Position numbers and translations under genes: made by a program. A stretch of 62,335 bases of DNA, counting the filler. It is 5 parts of 5 records of this genome, joined end to end, with 100 filler letters (N's around TTAATTAATTAA, not from the genome) between each part and the next. Parts side by side here need not be neighbours in the genome. Positions count along the whole stretch, not along the records: positions 1 to 14,782 come from SRR20825006_1430; 4 more parts are not named here. One strand, written 5' to 3'. Positions 1 to 9,425 of the stretch are shown one piece after another (the first letter of the stretch is position 1; each line of letters begins with the position of its first letter). Below the pieces are notes generated by a model that did no database searches, was not told where the DNA came from, and saw only the letters and a program-made list of their open reading frames with translations.

Positions 1-688
<688 letters not shown>

Positions 689-693
689 AGCGA

Positions 694-796
694 CGCCGCA
701 CGCTTCACGCCGCACGCAACACGAAAACCGTCGCGAGCCACGAGCTCGCGGCGGTTTTTTTGTGTCAGGCGTTAGGCATCCGGCGTAATACGTTAC
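694..796. repeat. intergenic element: heptamer-periodic arms (CG every 7 nt) around a terminator hairpin (724-761)
   Basis: CGCCGCA-CGCTTCA-CGCCGCA-CGCAACA-CGAAAAC, then stem AAAACCGTCGCGAGC/GCTCGCGGCGGTTTT plus T-run, then GTGTCAG-GCGTTAG-GCATCCG-GCGTAAT-ACGTTAC. Confidence 0.7.
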
Positions 797-906
797 ATAA
801 CGACAAGGAAAGTGCATTTAGGTTGTACGTCAGTCTCAATTAGTCTGTGGGCAGCGATATATCGACAGCTCTATATACACAACAACAGGCTTATTGAGGA
901 ATCGCC

Positions 907-2322
907 ATGCTGCTGCGCCAACCGGTTTTCGAGATCCCGTTCTTTCCCCGTGCTTTGGGTGCTATCGCCTTGAGTGCCGCCTTGCTGGTGTCAGGGTGTG
1001 GTGGGGGAGGCAGTAGTGATGCGCCCGCCGCCAATAGCCCGGCGCAGGAAGCAGAGCGGGAGGTGGCGGAGCCGGAAGCGCCGGCGGACGCATCCCCTGA
1101 TAACCCGGCTGCCGAACCTGATGGCCCGCGCAAGGTGATTTTCGTGGGCAATAACTGGGAAGGCATGGTCGATGTGATCGACGCCAATACCTACACGCGG
1201 CTGGGGCGCATCAATGGCATACCGGACCAGGCCGAGCGGGAGCGGGCGATTGCCATGAACCCCGTGGATCTGGTGTTTTTCCAGGGCATCCGCGTGTTGA
1301 TTGGCGAAGGTCATCACCAGTACGTGGATGATATGTACAGCTCCAATGACGGCCGCCTGCTGATCGTCTCCCGGCCCAGCTATGCGGATGTGGCCGCCAT
1401 TGATATTGCCACCGGTAACGTGGTCTGGCGTTTTGAGGTGGACGGCTACCGCTCCGATCACATGGCATTGTCTCCGGATGGCACCCAGGTGGCCGTGTCA
1501 GCTTCCACCGGCAATGTGGTCCATATTCTCGATGTGGAAACCGGTGAAGAGCAGGGCAAGTTCCCGTCCGGTGACTCGCCCCACGAAAATATTTATTCCG
1601 AGGACGGCAAGCGCATTTATCACGCCAGTATCGGTACCGTGTACACCCCGCTGGACAGCGAACTGCTCGGCGGCGTCACCGACGCTCTATTGGGCAAGAA
1701 CCTGTTGGACGCGACCAAGGGCGAGCGGGTGTTTCAGGTGGTGGATGCCGACAGTCTGGAGATTCTCAAAACGCTGGATCTGGAAGCGGATCTGGAGGCT
1801 GCCGGTTATGGCAACCTGAGCACCGCGGTGCGGCCCATGGCCCACACGGCAGATGAGCGTTATTTCTACTTCCAGCTGTCTTTTCTGCACGGCTTTATCG
1901 AGTACGACATGGAAGAGCAGAAAGTGCTGCGTCTGGCCGAGTTGCCGGACCTGACCGGTCCACTGGTGACCCGGGAAACCTATGTGAACGATTCCGCCCA
2001 CCACGGTATCGCCCTGAGTGCAGACGACAGTACCTTCTGTGTGGCCGGTACCATGAGTGACTATGTGGCGCTGGTGAACCGTGACGATTTCTCCTACGAA
2101 TTGAAAACCGGCATTGGCGAAAAACCGTATTGGGTGACCACCAGCAAGGACGGTAACCACTGTTATGTGTCCTGGAGCGGCACCGACCAGATGTCCGTCT
2201 TTAACTATGCCAGTGGCAAGGAAGTGGCGCGGGTGGATGTGGGCGACCACCCGCAGCGTATCCGTGAAGGCAGTGTGCCGGAAGCCTGGGTAGAGGATCA
2301 GGGGTCTCTGTTCCTGCCCTGA
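907..2322 (+). CDS. YncE/YVTN-type beta-propeller lipoprotein
   Basis: RBS GAGGA; lipobox LLVSGC followed by Gly/Ser/Pro/Ala linker; blade repeats such as DHMALSPDG, HGIALSADD, VDVGDHPQR. Confidence 0.8.
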   Translation: MLLRQPVFEIPFFPRALGAIALSAALLVSGCGGGGSSDAPAANSPAQEAEREVAEPEAPADASPDNPAAEPDGPRKVIFVGNNWEGMVDVIDANTYTRLGRINGIPDQAERERAIAMNPVDLVFFQGIRVLIGEGHHQYVDDMYSSNDGRLLIVSRPSYADVAAIDIATGNVVWRFEVDGYRSDHMALSPDGTQVAVSASTGNVVHILDVETGEEQGKFPSGDSPHENIYSEDGKRIYHASIGTVYTPLDSELLGGVTDALLGKNLLDATKGERVFQVVDADSLEILKTLDLEADLEAAGYGNLSTAVRPMAHTADERYFYFQLSFLHGFIEYDMEEQKVLRLAELPDLTGPLVTRETYVNDSAHHGIALSADDSTFCVAGTMSDYVALVNRDDFSYELKTGIGEKPYWVTTSKDGNHCYVSWSGTDQMSVFNYASGKEVARVDVGDHPQRIREGSVPEAWVEDQGSLFLP

Positions 2323-2348
2323 GTCGCGATAACCGCAATCGTGCGTTG

Positions 2349-2428
2349 CGAGCAGCGAGTCTCGAACGGCAAAACCTGAAAGCGTGAAATTTCAGGTTTT
2401 CGCGACTCGTACCTCGCCTCTCGCCTTC
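2349..2428. repeat. heptamer-periodic hairpin element (terminator-like core 2371-2400)
   Basis: CGAGCAG-CGAGTCT-CGAACGG, core AAAACCTGAAA...TTTCAGGTTTT, then CGCGACT-CGTACCT-CGCCTCT-CGCCTTC. Confidence 0.7.
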
Positions 2429-2599
2429 TCATGCTCAAGGTGCCGGTTACCCAGGTCAGCCTCAATGTTTTACAGCGTTTTCCTGCTCAAAGCCGACTTT
2501 TTCATTGTCAATCGACCCTTCTCGCACCACACTTCGCCCTGACACGGCAGGCGCTTGCGGCACCTGTGTATTTCCCTGTTGTCAGGAGTTTTTCCAACC

Positions 2600-2983
2600 A
2601 TGCGAATCCTGCATACCATGCTGCGTGTGGGCGATCTTGAGGCGTCAGTTGCTTTCTATACCCAGGTGCTGGGGATGACCGAATTGCGCCGCAAGGACTA
2701 CCCGGAAGGTCGCTTTACCAATGTTTTTGTGGGCTACCAGCCGGAATCGGAAGGCGCGGTGCTGGAGTTGACCTGTAACTGGGACCAGTCATCCTATGAT
2801 CTGGGCGACGGCTATGGCCATGTGGCTCTGGCCGTGGACGACGTGTACGCTGCTTGTGAGCGTATTCGGGAAAGAGGCGGGCGTATCACCCGCGAGCCGG
2901 GCCCCATGAAGCACGGCACCACAGTGCTGGCATTCGCGCAGGATCCGGACGGCTATAAAATCGAATTGCTGGGACGCGATTGA
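2600..2983 (+). CDS. gloA: lactoylglutathione lyase (glyoxalase I)
   Basis: [13 protein letters not shown], LELTx[26 protein letters not shown] upstream of ATG 2600. Confidence 0.95.
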   Translation: MRILHTMLRVGDLEASVAFYTQVLGMTELRRKDYPEGRFTNVFVGYQPESEGAVLELTCNWDQSSYDLGDGYGHVALAVDDVYAACERIRERGGRITREPGPMKHGTTVLAFAQDPDGYKIELLGRD

Positions 2984-3441
2984 TGGCAATAAAGGAGTCG
3001 CAAGTGACAAACAAGGTCACCGTTGGCTGGCGGGAATGGGCGACGTTGCCTGAACTGGGTATCGAGGCCATCAAAATGAAGGTGGATACCGGTGCCCGCA
3101 CGTCCGCGTTGCACGCCTATCAGGTGAAAACGTTTGAGCGCGATGGCGCCGAGTGGGTGCGTTTTTGCATTCACCCGATCCAGGATCAGGATACTGTCCG
3201 TGAATGCGAAGCCCCGGTGTTGGATCGCCGTGTGGTCACCGACTCCGGTGGGCACAAGGAAGAGCGTCCGGTAATTCGCACCGAGATTGTGTTGGGCGGG
3301 CGTCACTGGCCCATTGAGATTACTCTCACGGACCGTGAGAACATGAAATTCCGCATGCTGCTGGGGCGAACCGCCATGGACCTGATTACCGTGGACCCGA
3401 CAGCGTCATTCCTCCTTGGCGGCACAAAAGAGCAACCATGA
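2983..3441 (+). CDS. RimK-associated retropepsin-like protease (RimB-like, 'ATP-dependent zinc protease' family)
   Basis: [26 protein letters not shown] motifs; overlaps gloA stop (TGATG) and rimK start (ATGA). Confidence 0.9.
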   Translation: MAIKESQVTNKVTVGWREWATLPELGIEAIKMKVDTGARTSALHAYQVKTFERDGAEWVRFCIHPIQDQDTVRECEAPVLDRRVVTDSGGHKEERPVIRTEIVLGGRHWPIEITLTDRENMKFRMLLGRTAMDLITVDPTASFLLGGTKEQP

Positions 3442-4346
3442 AAATTGCGATTCTTTCCCGAAACAAGCGCCTGTACTCCACGCGACGCATGGTCGAAGCC
3501 GGCGAAGCGGCGGGCCATGAAATGCATGTGATCGACACCCTGCGCTGTTACATGAGCATGGTGGCTCACAAGCCGGAGATTCACTACAAGGGTGAAGTGC
3601 TGGAAGGTTTTGATGCGGTGATTCCCCGTATTGGTGCCTCGATTACCCAGTACGGTACGGCGGTAGTGCGTCAATTCGAAATGATGGGCGTTTTTCCGAT
3701 CAATGAATCGGTAGCTATCTCTCGCTCCCGGGACAAGTTGCGTTCACTGCAGCTGCTCTCGCGCAAAGGCGTTGGGTTGCCCATCACCGGTTTTGCCCAC
3801 TCGCCGGATGACATTCCTGACCTGATCAACATGGTTCGCGGTGCGCCGCTGGTGATCAAGATGCTGGAAGGCACCCAGGGCATCGGCGTGGTGCTGGCGG
3901 AAACCCGCAAGGCTGCGGAGTCGGTAATCGAAGCCTTTATGGGCCTGAACGTGTCGGTAATGGTGCAGGAATACATCAAGGAAGCCGGCGGTGCGGATAT
4001 CCGTTGTTTTGTGGTGGGCGGCAAGGTTATTGCTGCCATGAAGCGCCAGGCCGCGCCGGGCGAGTTCCGCTCCAACCTGCACCGGGGCGGCAGTGCCAGC
4101 CTGATCCGCATTACCCCGGAAGAACGCGCCACCGCTGTGCGAGCTGCCCGTATCATGGGGTTGAATGTGGCGGGTGTGGATATCCTGCGTTCACACCATG
4201 GTCCGGTGGTGATGGAAGTGAATTCCTCTCCTGGCCTGGAAGGGATTGAGATGGCCACCAACAAGGATGTGGCTGGCATGATCATCAAGTTCATCGAAAA
4301 GGATGCCCGTCCCTACCGGACACAAACCAAAGGTTCCAAGGGATAA
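3438..4346 (+). CDS. rimK: ribosomal protein S6--L-glutamate ligase (ATP-grasp)
   Basis: [56 protein letters not shown]. Confidence 0.96.
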   Translation: MKIAILSRNKRLYSTRRMVEAGEAAGHEMHVIDTLRCYMSMVAHKPEIHYKGEVLEGFDAVIPRIGASITQYGTAVVRQFEMMGVFPINESVAISRSRDKLRSLQLLSRKGVGLPITGFAHSPDDIPDLINMVRGAPLVIKMLEGTQGIGVVLAETRKAAESVIEAFMGLNVSVMVQEYIKEAGGADIRCFVVGGKVIAAMKRQAAPGEFRSNLHRGGSASLIRITPEERATAVRAARIMGLNVAGVDILRSHHGPVVMEVNSSPGLEGIEMATNKDVAGMIIKFIEKDARPYRTQTKGSKG

Positions 4347-4392
4347 GGCTGTTTATTCCAAGAGCACCTCAAAAGGTGCGAACAGCCTGAAG

Positions 4393-4460
4393 CGAGTGAC
4401 GAGTTTCGAGTTGCGAAAGCCGAACAAAATCATGGTTTTCTGTGCTCGGCACTCGTGACC
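4393..4460. repeat. heptamer-periodic element between rimK and the next gene
   Basis: CGAGTGA-CGAGTTT-CGAGTTG-CGAAAGC-CGAACAA ... CTGTGCT-CGGCACT-CGTGACC. Confidence 0.6.
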
Positions 4461-4492
4461 GGGAAGGCTGTCGGCAACGTGGTCAGAAAAGA

Positions 4493-5551
4493 ATGAAAAA
4501 TCCAAAAGAACCGAAAAACGCTCCTTTTGAAATTGATGGCATTACCGTCCAGCCCGGTTCCCGCACAAAAGTGGAGCTGCCGCTGGCTCAGCTTTATACC
4601 CAGACCCCGCTGAATGTGCCTATTCATGTGATCCACGGCCGCAAGCCCGGGCCGGTGTTCATGGTCAGCGCGGCTATCCATGGCGATGAGCTGAATGGCG
4701 TTGAGATTATCCGTCGCCTGCTACGCCATTCCGCCTTGAAAAACCTTAGCGGCACCCTGTTGGCGGTGCCGGTGGTGAATGTGTTCGGCTTTATCCATAA
4801 ATCGCGCTACCTGCCGGACCGCCGGGATCTGAACCGCTGCTTCCCGGGCTCGGAAACCGGCAGCCTGGGCGCGCGCATGGCATGGCAGTTCAAGACCCAG
4901 GTGCTGGACCGTGCCACCCACGCGGTGGACCTGCACACCGGCGCCATTCACCGTGATAATCTGCCGCAGATTCGAGCCAACCTGTCCAACGACGACACCA
5001 GCGCCATGGCCAACGCCTTTGGCGTGCCGGTGGTGATCAACTCGGTACTGGGCGAGGGCACGCTGCGTGAAGTGGCCGAAGCCCAGGGCATTCCGGTCAT
5101 TACCTACGAAGCAGGCGAAGCGCTGCGTTTTGACGAGTCCTGCATTCGTGCTGGCGTCAAAGGCGTGCTCAACGTGATGCATCATCTGGGTATGACGGGT
5201 TCCCGCCGCACCAAGGCACCCGCTGAGCCCTATATCGCCCGCTCCTCCAGCTGGGTCCGAGCCGAACGCGACGGCGTCTTCCTGTCCCTGGTGGCCCTGG
5301 GTGCCTGGATCAAGAAAGGGGATCTGATCGGCCGTATCTCCAGCCCCTTTGGCGGCGATGACATCAATATCCACGCCCCTGCCGCCGGCATTCTGGTGGG
5401 CCGCAACAATCTGCCGTTGGTTAACGAAGGCGAAGCCCTCTACCACATCGCCCGTTTCGAGGAGGTGGGGGAAGTGGCGCAGTCGCTGGAAGAGTTCACC
5501 CACGATATCGAAGAAGGGCCAACCCTGTCGGGGGAGCCGCCAATCGTATAA
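4493..5551 (+). CDS. succinylglutamate desuccinylase/aspartoacylase (M14-like) family protein
   Basis: HGDELNG, DLNRCFPG, DLHTG, YEAGE motifs; commonly linked to rimK; start ATG 4493 chosen. Confidence 0.9.
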   Translation: MKNPKEPKNAPFEIDGITVQPGSRTKVELPLAQLYTQTPLNVPIHVIHGRKPGPVFMVSAAIHGDELNGVEIIRRLLRHSALKNLSGTLLAVPVVNVFGFIHKSRYLPDRRDLNRCFPGSETGSLGARMAWQFKTQVLDRATHAVDLHTGAIHRDNLPQIRANLSNDDTSAMANAFGVPVVINSVLGEGTLREVAEAQGIPVITYEAGEALRFDESCIRAGVKGVLNVMHHLGMTGSRRTKAPAEPYIARSSSWVRAERDGVFLSLVALGAWIKKGDLIGRISSPFGGDDINIHAPAAGILVGRNNLPLVNEGEALYHIARFEEVGEVAQSLEEFTHDIEEGPTLSGEPPIV

Positions 5552-5757
5552 TCCGGCTCGCAACCTGTTGCAGCTCGGGTGGGGCGTCAGGGGGCGAGTT
5601 CCCCCTGGCGGTCTGATTGGGCGGCGGTTGCCGCTGCCTGTCTTATTCTTGTTTGTGTTTTCCTTATTACTTATTGCCGGGCCGACCTGGTGCCAATCCT
5701 TTGTTATACTGCGCCGCGATATGGATACCCCGTTGATTAATCATTAGGAGTGAATAG

Positions 5758-6963
5758 ATGGTCGCCTTGGTCAAGCCGCATGGTGCGGACGCATTGAACC
5801 CCCTGTACGTGGCTGATGAAGCCGCTCGCGTTGCTTTGCAGAAGGAAGCGGAGTCTCTGCCGTCGGTGGTGATCAGTTCCGCGGCTGCTGCCAATGCGGT
5901 GATGATGGGCGCCGGTTATTTCACCCCGCTTTCCGGTTACATGAACAAGGCAGATATGCTGTCAGTGGCCGAGAGCCTGACCACGGCCAATGGCCTGTTC
6001 TGGCCGGTACCGATCGTCAATATGCTGAAAGATATCAGCGCGATTGAAGGTGCCAAGCGCATTGCCCTGCGTGACCCCAATGTGGAAGGTCAGCCGGTGA
6101 TTGCGGTGATGGACGTGGCGGCTATCGAAGAAGCCTCTGACGCGGAACTGGAAGCGGTGGCCGAGCAGGTCTTCGCCACCAACGACAAGCAGCACCCGGG
6201 CGTGGCGAACTTCCTGGCGGCGGGCAACTTTATCGTTTCCGGCGACATCCAGGTGTTGAGCTACTCCTATTTTGCTGACGATTTCCCCGACACCTTCCGC
6301 ACCGCCGTTTCCATCCGCAATGAGTTTGTTGAGCGTGGCTGGAGTAATGTGGTTGCTTTCCAGACCCGTAACCCGATGCACCGTGCCCACGAAGAATTGT
6401 GTCGCATGGCCCAGGAAGCGCTGAACGCCGATGGCATCCTGATCCACATGTTGCTGGGCAAGCTGAAAGCCGGTGATATTCCGGCCGAAGTACGTGATGC
6501 CTCTATTCGCAAGATGGTCGAAGTGTATTTCCCGCCCAATAGCGTGATGATCACCGGGTACGGTTTTGACATGCTGTATGCAGGCCCCCGTGAAGCGGTG
6601 CTGCACGCGGTGTTCCGTCAGAACTGTGGTTGCAGCCACTTGATCGTGGGCCGTGACCACGCTGGTGTGGGTGATTATTACGGTGCTTTCGACGCACAGA
6701 CCATCTTCCAGGAAAAAGTGCCGGCAGGCGCCCTGGAGATCAAGATCTTCGAAGCCGACCATACAGCCTACTCCAAGAAGCTCGATCGCGTGGTGATGAT
6801 GCGTGATGTGCCGGATCACACCAAGGACGACTTTGTTCTGCTGTCAGGGACCAAGGTCCGTGAGATGCTGGGCCAGGGGATTGCCCCGCCGCCGGAATTC
6901 TCTCGTCCTGAAGTGGCGCAGATCCTGATGGATTACTACCAGGCGCTGGACGCCGACAAGTAA
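5758..6963 (+). CDS. sat: sulfate adenylyltransferase (homo-oligomeric Sat type)
   Basis: AFQTRNPMHRAHEEL, MLYAGPREAVLHA, GRDHAGVG, LSGTKVREML, PPPEFSRPEVA. Confidence 0.95.
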   Translation: MVALVKPHGADALNPLYVADEAARVALQKEAESLPSVVISSAAAANAVMMGAGYFTPLSGYMNKADMLSVAESLTTANGLFWPVPIVNMLKDISAIEGAKRIALRDPNVEGQPVIAVMDVAAIEEASDAELEAVAEQVFATNDKQHPGVANFLAAGNFIVSGDIQVLSYSYFADDFPDTFRTAVSIRNEFVERGWSNVVAFQTRNPMHRAHEELCRMAQEALNADGILIHMLLGKLKAGDIPAEVRDASIRKMVEVYFPPNSVMITGYGFDMLYAGPREAVLHAVFRQNCGCSHLIVGRDHAGVGDYYGAFDAQTIFQEKVPAGALEIKIFEADHTAYSKKLDRVVMMRDVPDHTKDDFVLLSGTKVREMLGQGIAPPPEFSRPEVAQILMDYYQALDADK

Positions 6964-7010
6964 TCAGATCTGGCCTGAGCACGTTCGCTCAGCAGCATCA
7001 GAAAGAAAAC

Positions 7011-7039
7011 AAAAAAGCCTCTTTTAAGAGGCTTTTTTT
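7011..7039. terminator. bidirectional intrinsic terminator
   Basis: AAAAAAGCCTCTT-TT-AAGAGGCTTTTTTT between convergent genes. Confidence 0.85.
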
Positions 7040-7081
7040 GTTTTATCGCGGGTTGCTGAAATAACGGTTTGCCGGCGGACG

Positions 7082-7411
7082 TTACTGCTGGGGAGCCTGT
7101 TGCCCGGTGCATTGAAAAGTCGCGTTCACCGTCCAGCCGATACAGTCACCGTCCTGGGTTTCATTGCTGCAGCTCTGGCTGGGTTTGCCGTTGGGAATCG
7201 CGCCGCTGTATCCCCAGCCCTGACATTGCGCGCTGGCTTTTTGCAGGCCTTGTTGCCAGTCCATCTGTGGGTTCTGCATCAGGTTATAGTCGGTGGCCAG
7301 AGTCACGGTGCCTTCATTCTGGTTCCCGTCGGCAACCCGGATCGGGGAGGCGGCGGTCACGCAGGCGACCAAGGACGCGGTGGCAAGCACGGTCAGAAAT
7401 CGAATGAACAT
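7082..7411 (-). CDS. YecR-like lipoprotein
   Basis: Lipobox SLVAC; GTVTL...A..QCQGWGY..A and C-terminal Cys pattern of YecR; start ATG 7411 chosen. Confidence 0.75.
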   Translation of the reverse strand: MFIRFLTVLATASLVACVTAASPIRVADGNQNEGTVTLATDYNLMQNPQMDWQQGLQKASAQCQGWGYSGAIPNGKPSQSCSNETQDGDCIGWTVNATFQCTGQQAPQQ

Positions 7412-7501
7412 GATTGGCTCCAATCGGTGAGTAAGTATTATCCACAAAGCCTAGGGGCTGTTTTGAAGGGCTCAAGTGGCAATCTGTAAAGAAAGCAAAA
7501 A

Positions 7502-8794
7502 TTACGGTGGTGGCATCGCCGGGGCCGAATCGCTTTCTATCCAGAGGCGACGGTTCCGGTCCGGCTGTTCCCAGTGGAGATTTTTCACTTCATGCATGGG
7601 CGTCATGGGGCTATGGAAGAACATCACCAGCCGCAGGCCATCGGTAATAAAGGGATCGCCGGTGAGGTTATGGCCGGGGCTGTCGATGTGTTTGGCTTCC
7701 ATGGCACGCACATACCCGAACTCGGCCAGCCGTTGTGAAAAAATCATGTCCTGGAGCAGATAGTCCCGGGCCTCATCCACATCCGGGTCGATTTTGTGGG
7801 TGGTCAAGGTGGGCGACTTGAAGGTAAAGCGTACACCGATATCCCGACTGATCTGTCCCAGCCAGACCGGTTCGCCGTCGCATAGTAGTGGCGCCCGCCA
7901 GAGGCGCAGGTGATTGCGCTGGTGAATATTGCCACGGGCTTTTTGCAACGCCATATCCTGGGGGCGATCCAGCGCATAAAGGGAGCTCACCGGTGAGTAA
8001 CGGTAGCTGGAACCCATCAGGAAGGATTTGGTGGTTTTCCAGATCGAGCCACCATGGATGCGCTCGGTCAGGTCCCAGCCGCGTTGCACCATGGCACTGA
8101 GCAGCAACTGGCTGTCGCCGACCAGGACGAAATTGATCGGGTCGCCACTGGCACTGCTGTCGTCGTTGTGGGTGCAGCAGGGCTGCTCTGCTAGCCAGGC
8201 GCGCAGGCCATCGCGATCCACGTGTTGGTGGTCCTGTTCGTTATACAGGATGGTGAGGTCGACTTTTTCCACATCCAGTTTGATGCCCGGCACGTCGATG
8301 ATGAATGACGATTGCCAGCTTTTTCCGCCTCCCAGCAGGTCCACATTGACCACCTTGACGCCAAGATCGCGATTGGTGAATACAAAGCCGCTGGTGCGCT
8401 TACCGGTTGGCAGGTTGATGGGCATGGCACGGGAAACGAACATGCGGTCCACGGCTTTTTCATCTTCCTTGCCGAACTTTCCCTTCACTTTCCAGGCCAC
8501 TTCCAGTGGCGAAAAATATTGTTGGTCGGTGGTGACAGGGAGGTAATACAGTGGCGTGCCGGTGTTGTTGTCCACCTCCAGCCAGACGGCCTGAATGCCG
8601 TGTATGCCCAGGGCCACGCCAAAGATGTCGTGGGCATCGCTGTCACTGATGACGCTGGCGCGTACGGTCAGCGCTTGTTCCACGTGTTGCGTGGCGCCTT
8701 CGCGCAGAGCGTTGTCATCGACGATGCCGGGTTGAAAACTGCATGCGGCAGTGAAAGCGAAAAGACTGAATAGCAAAGCGAGCCGTTGCTTCAT
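7502..8794 (-). CDS. LssY C-terminal domain lipoprotein
   Basis: Lipobox FTAAC; GDPINFVLVG, SPVSSLY, QDMALQKAR..IHQRNHLRLW, THKIDPDVDEAR, TDG. Confidence 0.8.
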   Translation of the reverse strand: MKQRLALLFSLFAFTAACSFQPGIVDDNALREGATQHVEQALTVRASVISDSDAHDIFGVALGIHGIQAVWLEVDNNTGTPLYYLPVTTDQQYFSPLEVAWKVKGKFGKEDEKAVDRMFVSRAMPINLPTGKRTSGFVFTNRDLGVKVVNVDLLGGGKSWQSSFIIDVPGIKLDVEKVDLTILYNEQDHQHVDRDGLRAWLAEQPCCTHNDDSSASGDPINFVLVGDSQLLLSAMVQRGWDLTERIHGGSIWKTTKSFLMGSSYRYSPVSSLYALDRPQDMALQKARGNIHQRNHLRLWRAPLLCDGEPVWLGQISRDIGVRFTFKSPTLTTHKIDPDVDEARDYLLQDMIFSQRLAEFGYVRAMEAKHIDSPGHNLTGDPFITDGLRLVMFFHSPMTPMHEVKNLHWEQPDRNRRLWIESDSAPAMPPP

Positions 8795-8953
8795 TCCCGA
8801 ACATCCCCCTAACCCGTGAAGCTTGATGTTAACACTGCCATTGGCGGGATGTTGATGATTGAAAATGAATCAGTACGCGGCGCGGCTGGGGGCGTTGGGG
8901 ATATGCAATGGGGTGAGAGGGGGCGTGAGAACGTTGAGGAAGGTTGAAAGTGG

Positions 8954-8985
8954 TTGAAGGAGGCCGGCGATGCCGGCCCCTTCAA
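8954..8985 (-). terminator. hairpin downstream of Lys-rich small ORF
   Basis: TTGAAGGAGGCCGGC-GAT-GCCGGCCCCTTCAA; no clear U-tract. Confidence 0.5.
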
Positions 8986-8992
8986 TGGAAGA

Positions 8993-9100
8993 TTAAAGCT
9001 TCTTGAGCTTTTTCTTCAGTTTCTTCACAACATTTTCTTGTTTGCTGATCTTGGCTTTACTGTTCTTGATGGCTTTTTTCAGTTTTTTCTTCTGAGACAT
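8993..9100 (-). CDS. 35-aa lysine-rich peptide (not in ORF track)
   Basis: MSQKKKLKKAIKNSKAKISKQENVVKKLKKKLKKL*; RBS GGAG 6 nt before ATG; followed by hairpin. Confidence 0.7.
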   Translation of the reverse strand: MSQKKKLKKAIKNSKAKISKQENVVKKLKKKLKKL

Positions 9101-9146
9101 GGTGTGCTCCGTCGTTTATATCGAATACAGGTTTTATCGGTTTCAG

Positions 9147-9320
9147 TCAGTCGCCGGAAGGCGCTTCCTGATTCTTGATAAAGTCGCGAATAAACCGGCG
9201 CACTTCCCTTGCTGCGCTGGTATCGAGTTCCTCACAGAGCTCGATAAAGCGCACACGCTCTTCGTCGTTGATTCGGACGATAAGCTGGCTGTTTTTCTTT
9301 TTGGCTTTGCTTTTTGCCAT
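9147..9320 (-). CDS. 57-aa ribbon-helix-helix-like DNA-binding protein (not in ORF track)
   Basis: MAKSKAKKKNSQLIVRINDEERVRFIELCEELDTSAAREVRRFIRDFIKNQEAPSGD*; beta-strand LIVRI followed by two amphipathic helices. Confidence 0.75.
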   Translation of the reverse strand: MAKSKAKKKNSQLIVRINDEERVRFIELCEELDTSAAREVRRFIRDFIKNQEAPSGD

Positions 9321-9379
9321 TGGTCATCACCATGAAAAATCACGCCGCATCGTCGCCGGTTCACGCTCGACTTTCAATG

Positions 9380-9420
9380 AGGCTATAGGCTATCTTTTAG
9401 ATAGTCAATGTATATACATT
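9380..9420 (-). promoter_or_regulatory. putative sigma70 promoter with palindromic operators
   Basis: Minus strand TTGACT-N17-TAGCCT; perfect palindrome AATGTATATACATT (9407-9420) overlaps the -35; CTATCT-TTT-AGATAG (9390-9404) lies in the spacer. Confidence 0.55.
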
Positions 9421-9425
9421 TTGAC

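Noticed and set aside
8931-8960. GTTGA repeated at 10-nt period
   Set aside because: Three degenerate copies, one inside the hairpin arm; not enough to call a binding site
8954-9178. Hydrophobic 74-aa plus-strand ORF resembling a type I toxin
   Set aside because: Phe/Leu richness is the mirror of the Lys codons on the minus strand, which has the RBS
9143-9364. 73-aa minus-strand ORF from the track
   Set aside because: Wrong frame; the 9147-9320 frame gives a coherent RHH-like protein
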